DNA of 64,000 nucleotides from Candidatus Bathyarchaeia archaeon (GCA_050010755.1 JBEKKK010000001.1:832001-896000); one strand, 5' to 3'. Positions 38,679 to 49,143 are shown, counted from the stretch's first letter. Notes: generated by a model not told the origin, from the sequence alone. Translations and numbers: made by a program.

Positions 38679-39185
38679 TTAGGGCGGAGGAGGCGGAGGG
38701 GGTGGAGGAGGCTGTGATGTGGCGGCAAACACGGTCTGTTTTACTGAAACCACCGTCGTTCCCGCAATGCGATCGGTGTATTTTTGGCGTTGATCTTTTC
38801 CAGGTGTAACGATTCCAAGTAGCCAGTCAATCAAGAGGAAAAGCCAATATATCTTGCTTATGTTGCGGATGAATGCTTTTTCAAACGTAACTTTACTGCC
38901 GTCTACCATTTGCACACGCAGACCTAAGATTTTTTTCCCCAGCGTTCCACCATAGTAAGCGTCCATAAACATGAAGTAAAAGAGTTCAAGTATCCCTAAG
39001 AGAAAGCCAAGTAGGAGGATAGGTCCCCACACGAAAAAGAGACCGCCGCCTAAGACGACAAATATTATCAAGATAGCGTATATGACGCCAGCTACTATGC
39101 CGATAATTATAGAGTCGATTATAAATGCGACGAGGCGTAAGAGCCAATGGTTCATATCTAACTGTGAACTGCTTCCTGTAGACAT
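38679..39185 (-). CDS. RDD family membrane protein with a poly-Pro tail
   Basis: RLVAFIIDSII, TLGKKILGLRV, FIRNISK and DRIAGTTVV motifs. Confidence 0.9.
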   Translation of the reverse strand: MSTGSSSQLDMNHWLLRLVAFIIDSIIIGIVAGVIYAILIIFVVLGGGLFFVWGPILLLGFLLGILELFYFMFMDAYYGGTLGKKILGLRVQMVDGSKVTFEKAFIRNISKIYWLFLLIDWLLGIVTPGKDQRQKYTDRIAGTTVVSVKQTVFAATSQPPPPPPPPPP

Positions 39186-39585
39186 TTTTTCATCTCTATC
39201 CGTTATTTCATCGCAACTCGTTATTATTACTTGCGTTCTTTCCGCACAATCGAAGTTAACACGCTTGCGACAACCGAAATCAGGGAAATGTCGTCGTTAC
39301 CAAAGCCATCAAAAAGGCAACGCGGCCTCCCCCAAAAAAAGGCTCTTGAAGTTCCCAAGCGAGCAGAGTTCATTGCAATGAGCGGAATGCCAGCAAAGTC
39401 GCTGAACCCAACTTAAGCGTATGAAGTCGGCAGGATATGAAAAGCATATCAAGAGCCATAATCAAAATGCTCGGGGAAAACAGGATGGCAACGAACGATT
39501 CTAAAGGTTTTTCAAATGGGCGCATCGACTAGCCATTGAGGCCCCAATACTTAAAAGAACAAAACTGACGCGCAAGAGCAGCTGA

Positions 39586-40137
39586 TTAACCGCTCAGTTT
39601 TCGCGATACCTGCTTTTCAAGGTCGTCCTCGTCTATCTTGAAAGTTTCAGGTTCGTCCTTTTTGAGTATGGCCTTCAATTCTTTAGCCGCAAGTTGCGTG
39701 ACCAGTCGAAGCACTTCTCTTTTTGCGTTTTCAAGATGGTTTCGCAGCATCTTCTTGTCTTGGTACACGGCTCCTGCCAGTTGGCATATCCTGTCCATCT
39801 TTACGAACCATTCAATCTTTCCCGTCTTGAGGTTTACGTCAAAAGTGACGGGTCCTGCCACGCACGTTTCTGGTTTCACGGGGTGAATCAGGCATTTTTT
39901 TGTTTTCGTGTCATGAAACACGCAGTATCCGCCGGCTAAAAGCCTCGGAAAGGCATATCCTTTTCGCACGAAGGGGTTTTCGATAGATATTCTGTTCTCT
40001 TTCAAGTAGGCTTCTATGATTTTTCTGCGTTCAGACGTTACGGGTGGTGTCGTGTCGTTGCAGCAGGAATAACTGGTTCTGCAGTTGCTGCACACGTCGA
40101 AGAAGTTGCTCTGCCTGTTGTTTGCATGCTTATTCAA
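39586..40137 (-). CDS. YkgJ family Cys-cluster protein
   Basis: CSNCRTSYSCC, CVF and CLIHPVKPETCVAGP motifs. Confidence 0.85.
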   Translation of the reverse strand: MNKHANNRQSNFFDVCSNCRTSYSCCNDTTPPVTSERRKIIEAYLKENRISIENPFVRKGYAFPRLLAGGYCVFHDTKTKKCLIHPVKPETCVAGPVTFDVNLKTGKIEWFVKMDRICQLAGAVYQDKKMLRNHLENAKREVLRLVTQLAAKELKAILKKDEPETFKIDEDDLEKQVSRKLSG

Positions 40138-40160
40138 GTGTTAGTCTCCGTTTTCGAGAG

Positions 40161-41459
40161 CTAGAAGTAGGGTTGATTGTCCATAAGGCTTTCTGTGAGT
40201 TTTGAGTAGACGCTGACCACCGCTTCTTCAAAGTCTGTCCTTTGGGCCCTACGCAAGACTCTCTCGCGTATTAGATCTGAAAGGCTTCCTTGGTCTATTC
40301 TCTTCTTTACGATTGGAAGGTATTTTTTCTCTTCTGGCGAAGCGTTTTTCCATGCGATTTTGTAGAGGTAATGGCAGACTTCGCGTGCAGTTCGCCCGTT
40401 CGGGCTTTCCGTCGGCGCGTTCAGTCCCTTCGCTATGACGAAGTTGAAGTCGTTCACCAAGACCTCATGGGGCACGAGGTGCGTGTCATCGTTGAGCAAT
40501 CCTCTGAGTAGTGCTCTGATGTAACAGCTTATCGCGACATCCGATTTGATGCATTCCTGCTCGTCCATTACACGTATTTCGATTGCTTTTCTGTCAAACC
40601 TGAAGATTACGCCGCGAGAGTTGATCCATTCCTTGTTGAGGATTAGCTCGTCCGCGCCTGCATGGGCCATTTCAGCCGAATATCTCCAGATGATTTTCTT
40701 GTAGTACTCGCTGAAGGATGACACGTACTCCGGGACAATGTCGCCTGTGATCGAGGGTATTTCGCTTTGGTTCACCTTGTAGAAGTGTAACCTGTTGTCA
40801 ACATCTTCTCCGAATTTACCCTCGCAGATCGGAGAGGAGGCAGCGAACGCGGGCAGATAAGAGCAGATGTTAGCTAGCAGGTTGTGCATTTCTACGCCGT
40901 CCTTCTCGTTCGAATATGGGAGGTTCAGCTGGAAGCTTTGAATATTCAACCAGCCGTGCTGGTTAAGGTTGAACAGTTTGCCGTAAGCCTCGTAAATTTG
41001 GCGGTGGCGGTGCGACCAAATGGCTGTATCTGGGAGCCTCAGCAGAGGGTGCATTCCCGTCCCGAGTAGACTCGCCCGGCGTTTTCTGTGCAGAAAATCC
41101 GACATCACCAAGACCGCGTTAAACATACGTTCATCGAAGGCTTGAGGAGAGGTATAGGGCGCGTTGGGTCTTATTTCCATAACGTGCGATTGCAGCTCTT
41201 TTCCAAAGGTGAAGTCGCCACATTTTGCGGAATTGACTATACGACCATGGAAATCTTTTAGAATCTCATCAACAATTGGTAAAACTGTTAGGTCGTCGTC
41301 AACTACCGCAAATTCATGTTCTGGACCTAGAACCTCAAGGGTCTTGTACGTACTAGTTCCTCTTGGTTTTACTGTTTTCAAAGAATCGAATATAAGCCTG
41401 TGGATTTTCCTGTTCAACCCGCTGTCCATGTGAGGCGCTCCTGAAACCAGGAGATGCAC
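40161..41459 (-). CDS. Glutamate--cysteine ligase family 2 (GCS2) carboxylate-amine ligase; start uncertain
   Basis: GPEHEF, ELQSHVMEI, GMHP, AASSP and NSRGVIFRFDRKAIEIRVMD motifs. Confidence 0.85.
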   Translation of the reverse strand: MHLLVSGAPHMDSGLNRKIHRLIFDSLKTVKPRGTSTYKTLEVLGPEHEFAVVDDDLTVLPIVDEILKDFHGRIVNSAKCGDFTFGKELQSHVMEIRPNAPYTSPQAFDERMFNAVLVMSDFLHRKRRASLLGTGMHPLLRLPDTAIWSHRHRQIYEAYGKLFNLNQHGWLNIQSFQLNLPYSNEKDGVEMHNLLANICSYLPAFAASSPICEGKFGEDVDNRLHFYKVNQSEIPSITGDIVPEYVSSFSEYYKKIIWRYSAEMAHAGADELILNKEWINSRGVIFRFDRKAIEIRVMDEQECIKSDVAISCYIRALLRGLLNDDTHLVPHEVLVNDFNFVIAKGLNAPTESPNGRTAREVCHYLYKIAWKNASPEEKKYLPIVKKRIDQGSLSDLIRERVLRRAQRTDFEEAVVSVYSKLTESLMDNQPYF

Positions 41460-41483
41460 GGATTAGAAAGTGAGATTCTGTCT

Positions 41484-42068
41484 CTAGGTCATACGTTGGT
41501 CGAGGAGTTTTGCCATGTCTATTGCTTCTAGGCTGTATCCACAGCTTGGGCAGATTTTGAGAACTTCCACGGATTTTGCTCCAATCTTTAAGGGTCTCCC
41601 ACAGTGGCAACAGTGGTAGGTTAGTGTTTGTCCTCTGTCAACCAGTTTTTTGACAAGTTTGTTGATATCGTCTCGTGAAGCAGTCATCTCTTCTTGTTTC
41701 TGACGCAGACGCTTTGCTCTCTCTGGCATCTCGAGTTTTTCACACAATTGAGCTGCTTCATCGTAACGTCCGGTTTTTTCAAAATTGTCAACAGCATCCT
41801 GTTCGGTCTCAACTTCTATTTTATAGTGAGCGCATTTCTCGGCTTGAACAAAATAGTCCATATAACCAATAGTGGTCGGCGTCAATTTGTTTCCAGTTAT
41901 CTTACAAGAATTTTCGTCAAAGTGTGCGCAGTCGTCACAGTTTTTCTTCTTGCCGTATTCCTCTTTGGTTTTTGCGTAGCAGTCGGCACAAAGAGTCGTT
42001 TGTTTTCCATCTAGGGTCAAGCTCAGTCCGGAGCCTGAAAATTTCTTTCCGCAGACCTCGCATCGCAT
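41484..42068 (-). CDS. Cys-rich multi-zinc-ribbon hypothetical protein
   Basis: CEVC, CADC, CDDC, CCHC and CPSC pairs. Confidence 0.75.
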   Translation of the reverse strand: MRCEVCGKKFSGSGLSLTLDGKQTTLCADCYAKTKEEYGKKKNCDDCAHFDENSCKITGNKLTPTTIGYMDYFVQAEKCAHYKIEVETEQDAVDNFEKTGRYDEAAQLCEKLEMPERAKRLRQKQEEMTASRDDINKLVKKLVDRGQTLTYHCCHCGRPLKIGAKSVEVLKICPSCGYSLEAIDMAKLLDQRMT

Positions 42069-42990
42069 GTTCTATCTTTCTCATTCTAGGATAATCATCT
42101 TTATTTGTCTTACAGTCAACTTCGAATCGCAGACCAAAACAAAGTTATTCAATCGGTCAAGAACTAACTATTTGTGGGTTGAGGGTTGAGCCTCAATTTT
42201 CGTAATGTTATATGAAAAAGTGCAGAGAAGAGACTTCCCTAATTTGAACATTGGCAATTCAACTAGGCTTATTTTCAGGAGATATCTGTTGCTGTTTACA
42301 CGCGCCTTCCATTCATGGTTTGAAAGTGGTATTCAGCTGTTCTTTCATAGGTACGTTAGCCATGGGTTTTGGATGAGCGTGTTTTGGCTCAGTACACGTT
42401 GAAAGAATGAGCTTCTGGAAGATAAGACTCCAAGGAAGATAGAATTCAAAAGTTTGGCCTAGGCTAGACTCTGGAGCTTGAAGCCAAGACTCTTTGCTAG
42501 ATGTCAAGGGTTTCTCCATTTGTCGGGGTTCCTGTATTCTACCTTCGGACCGTCTTGCCTGATTATGTCGTATGTCTTCAGGAAATCATCTCGTGAGAGC
42601 CTTCTCCTTCTCCTCATCCCTAAGCCTCAGGAAGTGTGTAAGTCTTGAACGGATATAAGCGAAATTGCGATAACGCCAGTATGTCAAGAACAGAAACATT
42701 CCACTCCCACATGCTTGGGGTAGTCGAGAAGCTGTCCTGGATAGTGGCAGTTTTTGAGATTTTACAGTCAGGTTTTTCTAATTCGGTTCTTGGACCGCAT
42801 CGAACTATCGAATCAGCTTACGGCGTAAAAACGAAGTTCGAATTTTGGAAGTTCTGCAATCGCCCTCGCGCGAATAGAAGATTCCTCTAGAAGTAAACCC
42901 TAGAAGTGCGATCCATGATTCTAATATAGAGCTTTCGTACAGAACGGAGTAAAATAAAGGAGAAGCAGGGAAACTCGCAAAATCGTCAGA

Positions 42991-45219
42991 GTGGTTACGC
43001 GTATGGCTAAACGCCCTAGTTCATTTGTTCACAGCGGTGAGCCTCAAAACGCTTGGACTTCAAATGAGGCGAAAAATAGCTTACATGGCAGTTTTGAACT
43101 GGAGGCCTCTAAACAGACGAGGAGATTGCACCAAACCATAGTCGATCTTGAGAATGAAAAACGAACTCTTCTGGGCGAGATGAAGGCTCTTGAAGCTAGG
43201 GCGATGCGAGGGTGGGCAGGTATGAGTCGCAGACAGGTATACTCCATCGTTATGCTGGGCATAATTGCGACTGCGATAGTCATTTTTGTTCCCCCTCTTT
43301 TCATAGTTCCCTTTGCTTCTGAAAACCTTCCGCTCACAACTCTGAACAAGCAGACGAAGCTTGTATCTTACCTGCGAGAAATTCAATCCTACCAAAATAT
43401 CTTTCTCGCTGTTCACGGTTACGATCACAAGTGTCCCATCGATGGCTCAACAGCGTACGAGTTCACATGCCCCACGGGCGAACTTTCGGTTGAAGAAATA
43501 AATGAACGAATTGAGGCTGGCATCGAAATATTCAAGAAATGCGGCCTTGAAATTGACACATATGCTTTTCCAGGTCAGGACTATGATCAACGGGTACTCT
43601 CCGTTTTGAGCAATTACTACCCCACACCCTCGGTGTACAACAAGACAAATCTAGTGGGACTTGGGTTAACAGGAAATTCTTCTTTGACGGATCTTGTCGT
43701 TTACTATGGCTTCAAGGAATACACATGGATGTGGCGCAACGGTGTTACGGAAAAACAATACCAGGATGCCCTAAATCAGCTTTCGCAGGACAAGCCTAGC
43801 CTGCTCCTAGTCCACATTCAAGACATAACAAACCAGACACTGGGCCTGCTTAAAGAATATGCTCTTCTTTGTGGAAGCGCCGGAATTATTCGGCTGGACG
43901 ACGTGACATTCGATAGCCAAGTGGAGGCGACCAGAAAAGTGGTGGATATCGCTTTGGCGTACAATGTGAGCCTAGTCTTGGCTGTAATTCCTGCTTCTCC
44001 ATGGGCTGGAACCTCAAACAGTTTCCTTTCTGAACCCATGATCAACGCTCTTTGGGTGCTTTCGACAAGTCTATTCGTGTTTCCCACAGTCGTCATGATA
44101 CCGTGGGCGCTCCTTTTCAAGATGAAAAAGCGGAAGCCTTACGCAAAGTGGAATCCTCACTATCCAGCGGTCAGTATAATACTTCCCGCTTTCAACGAGG
44201 AGAAAACCATAGCTCAATCAATAGAGCGAAGTTTGAGCCAACGCTACAGAGGCAATATAGAAATTATTGTCGTAGACGACGGAAGCACAGACAGGACTTA
44301 TGAAATCGCCAAGACTTACGCTGACAAACATGCTAACGTAGGAGTCACCCGGCTTGAGAAAAACCTGGGCAAATCCCACGCCCTTAACATGGGTTTTGCA
44401 CAGGCAAAAGGCGAAATCTCGGTGTTCTCCGACACGGATAGCGTCTTGGCTCCCGATGCAATCTCCAGAATGCTTTCCCACTTTAAAGATTCTGAAGTGG
44501 GCATGGTGGCCGGGATGGTTGTCGTGGGAAACGAAAAAAACCTGTTGACACGTTTGCAACAGATCGAATATATTCTGAGTCAGACTCTTATCAGATTTTG
44601 TCAATCATCACAGAAGAACGTTCTGATATGTCCCGGTGCCTGCACGGCAGTGAGGACTGATATAGCTAGGAAGGTTTCTGTTTCCGATAGGACCGTGACG
44701 GAAGACGCTGACTTCACGTTTTCAGTGTGGAAAGAAGGATGGAAAATCTGCCAAGAACCGGAAGCAGTTAGCTACACAGAAGCTCCCACAAGGCTGAGAA
44801 GCTTGATAACTCAGAGAAAGAGATGGCTGTACGGAAGTCTGCAGACCATGGCATTTCATAAGTGGTCTGCAAGGGAAGGAAACCCTTGGGTTCTAAAAGC
44901 TTGGCTTGAATGTTTCCTGAGCCCCTTCGCCTTGGTTTTCATTGCGTCTCTTCCATTACAGTTCTTTTTGTTGGGCTTCGCTTTTCCCCTCTTTCTTCTC
45001 ACCTATGGAATGTTGCCCTTCGCCATTCTGGCAATTAGCGGAGCCATAGGCATACGACTCTTTAACAAAGGCAAAAAATCAAAACTCGCCTTTCTGATGC
45101 CATTATACGCTGTATACCAGCTGATGATGAACATGCTTCTTGTATCCATGGTCTTAGCCTTCGTAACCAAGAGAGGAATACACCTTCCACGCGGAGGAAG
45201 AATCATCCACGTGGTCTGA
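42991..45219 (+). CDS. DUF2334/deacetylase-like domain fused to a processive membrane GT2 (PgaC/IcaA/cellulose-synthase-like)
   Basis: HGYDH and RLDDV in the N-terminal region between TMs. VDDGSTD, GKSHALN, DTD, TED and QRKRW motifs. C-terminal TMs. Confidence 0.85.
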   Translation: MVTRMAKRPSSFVHSGEPQNAWTSNEAKNSLHGSFELEASKQTRRLHQTIVDLENEKRTLLGEMKALEARAMRGWAGMSRRQVYSIVMLGIIATAIVIFVPPLFIVPFASENLPLTTLNKQTKLVSYLREIQSYQNIFLAVHGYDHKCPIDGSTAYEFTCPTGELSVEEINERIEAGIEIFKKCGLEIDTYAFPGQDYDQRVLSVLSNYYPTPSVYNKTNLVGLGLTGNSSLTDLVVYYGFKEYTWMWRNGVTEKQYQDALNQLSQDKPSLLLVHIQDITNQTLGLLKEYALLCGSAGIIRLDDVTFDSQVEATRKVVDIALAYNVSLVLAVIPASPWAGTSNSFLSEPMINALWVLSTSLFVFPTVVMIPWALLFKMKKRKPYAKWNPHYPAVSIILPAFNEEKTIAQSIERSLSQRYRGNIEIIVVDDGSTDRTYEIAKTYADKHANVGVTRLEKNLGKSHALNMGFAQAKGEISVFSDTDSVLAPDAISRMLSHFKDSEVGMVAGMVVVGNEKNLLTRLQQIEYILSQTLIRFCQSSQKNVLICPGACTAVRTDIARKVSVSDRTVTEDADFTFSVWKEGWKICQEPEAVSYTEAPTRLRSLITQRKRWLYGSLQTMAFHKWSAREGNPWVLKAWLECFLSPFALVFIASLPLQFFLLGFAFPLFLLTYGMLPFAILAISGAIGIRLFNKGKKSKLAFLMPLYAVYQLMMNMLLVSMVLAFVTKRGIHLPRGGRIIHVV

Positions 45220-45379
45220 CAATAAGTGCAGGCTGCTCCAAAATCGTGGCAGCAACTGAGTCACAACTGTTTTGCAACCATCAAAACGCAGGCGGGTCCG
45301 TTAGAAAGAGTGAACTAGATCATCTTTTTTGGAAAAGCTTATGCGACACTGACGCAATCCTAGATAGAGGGTCTCAAGA

Positions 45380-45694
45380 ATGGGTGATTCTTTTGAGTTT
45401 GAATTCCAGAAAAAGTTGACCAAGATGCGAGAAGAGCTTGGAAAGAGAGAAGTGGACATTAGAGGCCAACTGGCGAACATTGAGAGGATCAAGGTCGAAG
45501 CGTTGAAAAGGACGGAAGAGCTCAAGTTTTCGGCGAAGCATGACGTGGAAAAGTTAGAACAAGACATAATGAAAGCAAAGGACTTGAATACCGAAGTTAG
45601 GTCGAGACTTAATTCAGAAGCGGCCACGCTGAAAGAAGATCTTGATAAGAAATACACTGAACTGAGAAACACTGTCCTTGGCAAAGCTTCCTAG
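45380..45694 (+). CDS. Coiled-coil hypothetical protein
   Basis: 104-aa Glu/Lys-rich helical ORF with a plausible upstream RBS. Confidence 0.65.
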   Translation: MGDSFEFEFQKKLTKMREELGKREVDIRGQLANIERIKVEALKRTEELKFSAKHDVEKLEQDIMKAKDLNTEVRSRLNSEAATLKEDLDKKYTELRNTVLGKAS

Positions 45695-46010
45695 GCAAAC
45701 CTGCCTACGAATTTCTCTGACAGTGCTCGTTGCTTGGAAGACGAACTGGCGGCGGATCTGGCGGAGCGTTACTGTGTCTTCTGCGAGAGTGTTGAAGCTC
45801 ACGCTCGGGTTAGCCTTTTGAAGTTCTTTTCTTTCCTCCGAATAAGTTTCGGTGTAGACGCATGGAGCAGAAGAGCGCATGTTGAGAACCTTTATCGCTA
45901 GCACCGTTGAGATGCACGTTGACCAAAGAAAAGAAGGCAAGCGAGCAATGGTTGAATTTTTTGATCAGGGAGTTTTTGTTCAACAGTCTTTTAGGAATAA
46001 TTGTGTTCGT

Positions 46011-46388
46011 TTATTCTTTTCTTGGATCTGCATACGCGCCTAGATGTGTGGCACATTGCATTATTCGCGGAAGGATGTCAGCTCTTCCGTGGAGTTCGTT
46101 TATTTCATTCTCGGCTTCTAAGAGCCTTTCGATTTCGCAACAATGATACATGAACTCTATGCCTTTGTGAGTTGTCTTGTACACCACTTTTTTGTCCAGT
46201 AGAACTTTCTCCAAGAGTTTGGCGTTCATCATGAGCCCGACGTATCTGCTCAGCATATCGGAATTCAATCCTACGTTATACATTATGTTAGTCTTTACTA
46301 TTCCATGTCGCGCCATCTCCAGGATTTCCGCCACTATCGCGATCCTGTCCCTTCCGCTGTTCCTCAGTTCAACGTTGATGTTCGCCAT
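46011..46388 (-). CDS. Archaeal wHTH regulator (HTH_45/ArnR1-like)
   Basis: RDRIAIVAEILE...KTNIMYNVGLN...YKTTHKG. Confidence 0.8.
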   Translation of the reverse strand: MANINVELRNSGRDRIAIVAEILEMARHGIVKTNIMYNVGLNSDMLSRYVGLMMNAKLLEKVLLDKKVVYKTTHKGIEFMYHCCEIERLLEAENEINELHGRADILPRIMQCATHLGAYADPRKE

Positions 46389-46432
46389 GCTGTTTTCGCA
46401 CCAAACAGATAAGTGGGTAGCCAAGGAGTTAA

Positions 46433-46478
46433 TTCTACGTTTTTGTACGTTTCCGTGTCGCCGTACAAAATGTTTGAA
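46433..46478. promoter_or_regulatory. Inverted repeat upstream of the wHTH gene
   Basis: TTTTGTACG (46441-46449) and CGTACAAAA (46462-46470), extendable with mismatches. Confidence 0.35.
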
Positions 46479-46699
46479 CGGGTCCATTGGGAACGTTTGA
46501 GCTCGAAAATTACGTTCAACGGGCCAAGATCAAACTGAGAGCTTTCAGAGCAGTCGCAAGCGCCATCTGTTAAGGGTTAGAAGGCATTCAATTCTGGAAA
46601 AAGCTTAATAGCTGGGCTTACTCAGTGCCCATAATCTTTTGCCGTTTAACGGTGACTATGAGATATGACGAAGTGCCTGAAGAAAAGCGCGTTTGACAA

Positions 46700-47674
46700 G
46701 TGCTTGAATGGCGAGTGTTGGTTACTTTGACAAATCCTTCGATAGAGGCCGTAAACCTCTCTAAACGTTATGGTTCGTTTGTTGCCGTTTCGGGTCTAAA
46801 CCTAAAGCTTGAGGGGTCCAAGTGCGTCGGGTTCTTGGGACCGAACGGTGCGGGGAAGACGACTACTCTCAAGATGTTTACGGATCTGATAAGGCCGTCT
46901 TCTGGTCAGGCTTTGATAAACGGCGTGAACGTTCACACTGAGAAGAAGAAAGCGTTGGAGTCTGTTGGGTCCTTGATTGAGACTCCTGAGATTTATCCCT
47001 CATTGACGCCTAAGGAAGCGCTCATGATGATAGCCGAGATTAGAGGGGTGCCTAGGACAGAGCGGATTAAGCGAATTGAAGAAGCGGTCTCTGAGGTGCG
47101 GATGGAAGAATGGATAGACAAGAGGGTCGGCAAGTTTTCGAAAGGAATGAAGCAGAGAATATGTATTGCCTCTGCGCTTCTTAGCGATCCAACCATACTT
47201 GTCTTAGACGAGCCCAGCAACGGACTTGACCCCCGGGGAATGAGTGAGGTCAGAGCTATTGTGAAATCCTTGAAGCGGAAGGAGAGGTTGATCTTCATGA
47301 GTTCCCACATTCTCAGCGAGGTTTCAGAGGTCTGCGACGAGGTTGCGATGATAGACCATGGCAAACTAATAGTTTACGATACGATTTCCAAAGTGTCGGC
47401 CAAGGTTTCTGGAGGAGAAAACATAGTGGAAGTTGGGTTGCTAAGCTCAATCGATGCTGCTTTCGTGACCAAGAAAATAGGAACTCTTGCAGACGTAGTA
47501 GCTACAGAGATGAAAGATGATAGGAATTTGAGAATCAGGTTCAACGGAGGCTTGGATGTGCAGGAACGACTTCTGTCCGACCTCGTGCGAATGAACGTTG
47601 GAGTGATCAGTTACAGGCCAGCGTCATCGGAACTAGAAGACGCTTACCTCAAACTTATCAAGGACACGGTGTGA
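46700..47674 (+). CDS. ABC transporter ATP-binding protein
   Basis: GPNGAGKTT, FSKGMKQR, LDEP and SSH motifs. Confidence 0.95.
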   Translation: MLEWRVLVTLTNPSIEAVNLSKRYGSFVAVSGLNLKLEGSKCVGFLGPNGAGKTTTLKMFTDLIRPSSGQALINGVNVHTEKKKALESVGSLIETPEIYPSLTPKEALMMIAEIRGVPRTERIKRIEEAVSEVRMEEWIDKRVGKFSKGMKQRICIASALLSDPTILVLDEPSNGLDPRGMSEVRAIVKSLKRKERLIFMSSHILSEVSEVCDEVAMIDHGKLIVYDTISKVSAKVSGGENIVEVGLLSSIDAAFVTKKIGTLADVVATEMKDDRNLRIRFNGGLDVQERLLSDLVRMNVGVISYRPASSELEDAYLKLIKDTV

Positions 47675-47680
47675 CAAAAC

Positions 47681-48565
47681 ATGAGCGAAATAGAAATCGT
47701 AACTGAGAATAAAGTGCCAAGCAGCATTAAGCAGATCGGCATCACAATGAAATACACGTTCCTCGACTATTTCAGATCTCGCAGATTCTTCATACTCCTA
47801 TTACTTACTTTCATAATAAGCGCCATTCTCACCGTCTTGGTGGGATACTATCGCCCCCCAAGTTTTCTCGGTGATCCAACTACTGATACCTTGAGTTTCC
47901 GTGCACTGACATTCTACTCAAGCTGGTGGGGAAACAGCGTGACCTTCGTGATCATACTTGGAGGGATATTCTTCGGCGGAGACGCCATTAGCGGCGAATT
48001 CCAAAACAAAACGGGCTACTTCGGAGTTCCAAATCCCATCCGGAGATCGAGCATATACATTGGAAAGTGGCTATCAGCCTTCATTGCGGCCACCGTAATC
48101 TTCGCCATCTTTGCAACCATCACCCTTGGCAACGGCTTATACTACTTCGGCGCTAACGTCCCAATCCAATTCGGTCAATCACTGTTATACGCCTGGTTCT
48201 ACCTAGCCGCAGTGATGGGCTTCACTTTCTTCTTCAGTTCCCTGTTCAAGAGTAGCAGCATGTCTATCCTCTTGACAGCGATCCTCTTTCTCTTCGTATT
48301 CTCACTGATAGAACTGCTTGTTTCAAGCCTCATCAATGTTGAACCCTGGTTCATCCTAACTTACGGGGCTGGAATAATCGGAAACATACTAAACCCTCTG
48401 GGGTTCCCGGCCCACGTCTCACATAATCCCATTGGACCGCGTGCGCGCTTTACAATAACGTCCTACGCCGCCTATGTCCCTGAAGGCCTAGCAATAATAG
48501 GACTTTACTTCATCATAACCGCAGTTTTAGGATTGATCTTTTTCGAAAGAAAGGAGTTTACCTAG
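47681..48565 (+). CDS. ABC-2 type permease
   Basis: Six TMs, DAISGEFQNKTG and PIRRSSIYIGKW motifs, C-terminal FERKEF. Confidence 0.9.
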   Translation: MSEIEIVTENKVPSSIKQIGITMKYTFLDYFRSRRFFILLLLTFIISAILTVLVGYYRPPSFLGDPTTDTLSFRALTFYSSWWGNSVTFVIILGGIFFGGDAISGEFQNKTGYFGVPNPIRRSSIYIGKWLSAFIAATVIFAIFATITLGNGLYYFGANVPIQFGQSLLYAWFYLAAVMGFTFFFSSLFKSSSMSILLTAILFLFVFSLIELLVSSLINVEPWFILTYGAGIIGNILNPLGFPAHVSHNPIGPRARFTITSYAAYVPEGLAIIGLYFIITAVLGLIFFERKEFT

Positions 48566-48646
48566 TTCGTCGCCTTGTCCACTAAGCCAGCTTGCTTTTT
48601 CGAAAGTTAGCCGATGTTCAACATGTCAACTGTCAACACCTAAATC

Positions 48647-48850
48647 CTACTGCTCGTTGATGCGAAATTGCGGGAGCTTGCTGTTTTCCCTCTTGAGTTC
48701 TTTGCGGGCCAAGAGTTCTGGCAGTTCGACCTCTGCCCAGAGTCTCCCGTAGCGTAGTTCGTCTTCGGACCGTTTGAGTAAAGGTTCGCGGGTGTTGACT
48801 CTCGGAATGAACTCGCAGCTGCCCTCTTCACATCGTGGAGATTTGCTCAT
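48647..48850 (-). CDS. Small hypothetical protein
   Basis: ATGA overlap with 48847-49062. Confidence 0.45.
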   Translation of the reverse strand: MSKSPRCEEGSCEFIPRVNTREPLLKRSEDELRYGRLWAEVELPELLARKELKRENSKLPQFRINEQ

Positions 48851-49062
48851 TTCTTCAGTGCCTCCCGCATCAAATTCTGCACCGCTTCACTTACGCCGCC
48901 TGGACAGTTGGCAGCCACGTGGCGAATAAAATTCTGCACTAGGTCACCAGGAACATGATGCAAAGTGATGTTTACGAAAATGTCCTCTTTGGCCGAGTCA
49001 ACACAATTGCTCTGAAGGCTGATCTGAGCTTCCCCTTGCTTAATCGTGATAGTCACTCTCAT
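48847..49062 (-). CDS. Small RHH-like protein
   Basis: VNITLHHVPGDLVQNF...GGVSEAVQNLMREAL beta-alpha-alpha pattern. Confidence 0.55.
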   Translation of the reverse strand: MRVTITIKQGEAQISLQSNCVDSAKEDIFVNITLHHVPGDLVQNFIRHVAANCPGGVSEAVQNLMREALKK

Positions 49063-49143
49063 CCTATACGTAGTTCTGTGGAGCTTGGCGAACCGGCCTT
49101 TTCATGAGGGAATGAGTGTGCTTTTAGACGAGGTTTCCAGAAA

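Noticed and set aside
38679-38712. GGA/GGC-rich repeat
   Set aside because: Simply encodes the poly-Pro tail of the RDD protein.
39341-39457. MITE bounded by GGCTCTTGA/TCAAGAGCC
   Set aside because: Only a 9-bp inverted repeat, with no target-site duplication or second copy. Expected by chance in 64 kb.
45614-45940. 108-aa minus-strand ORF
   Set aside because: It overlaps the 45380-45694 gene and has no recognisable motif.
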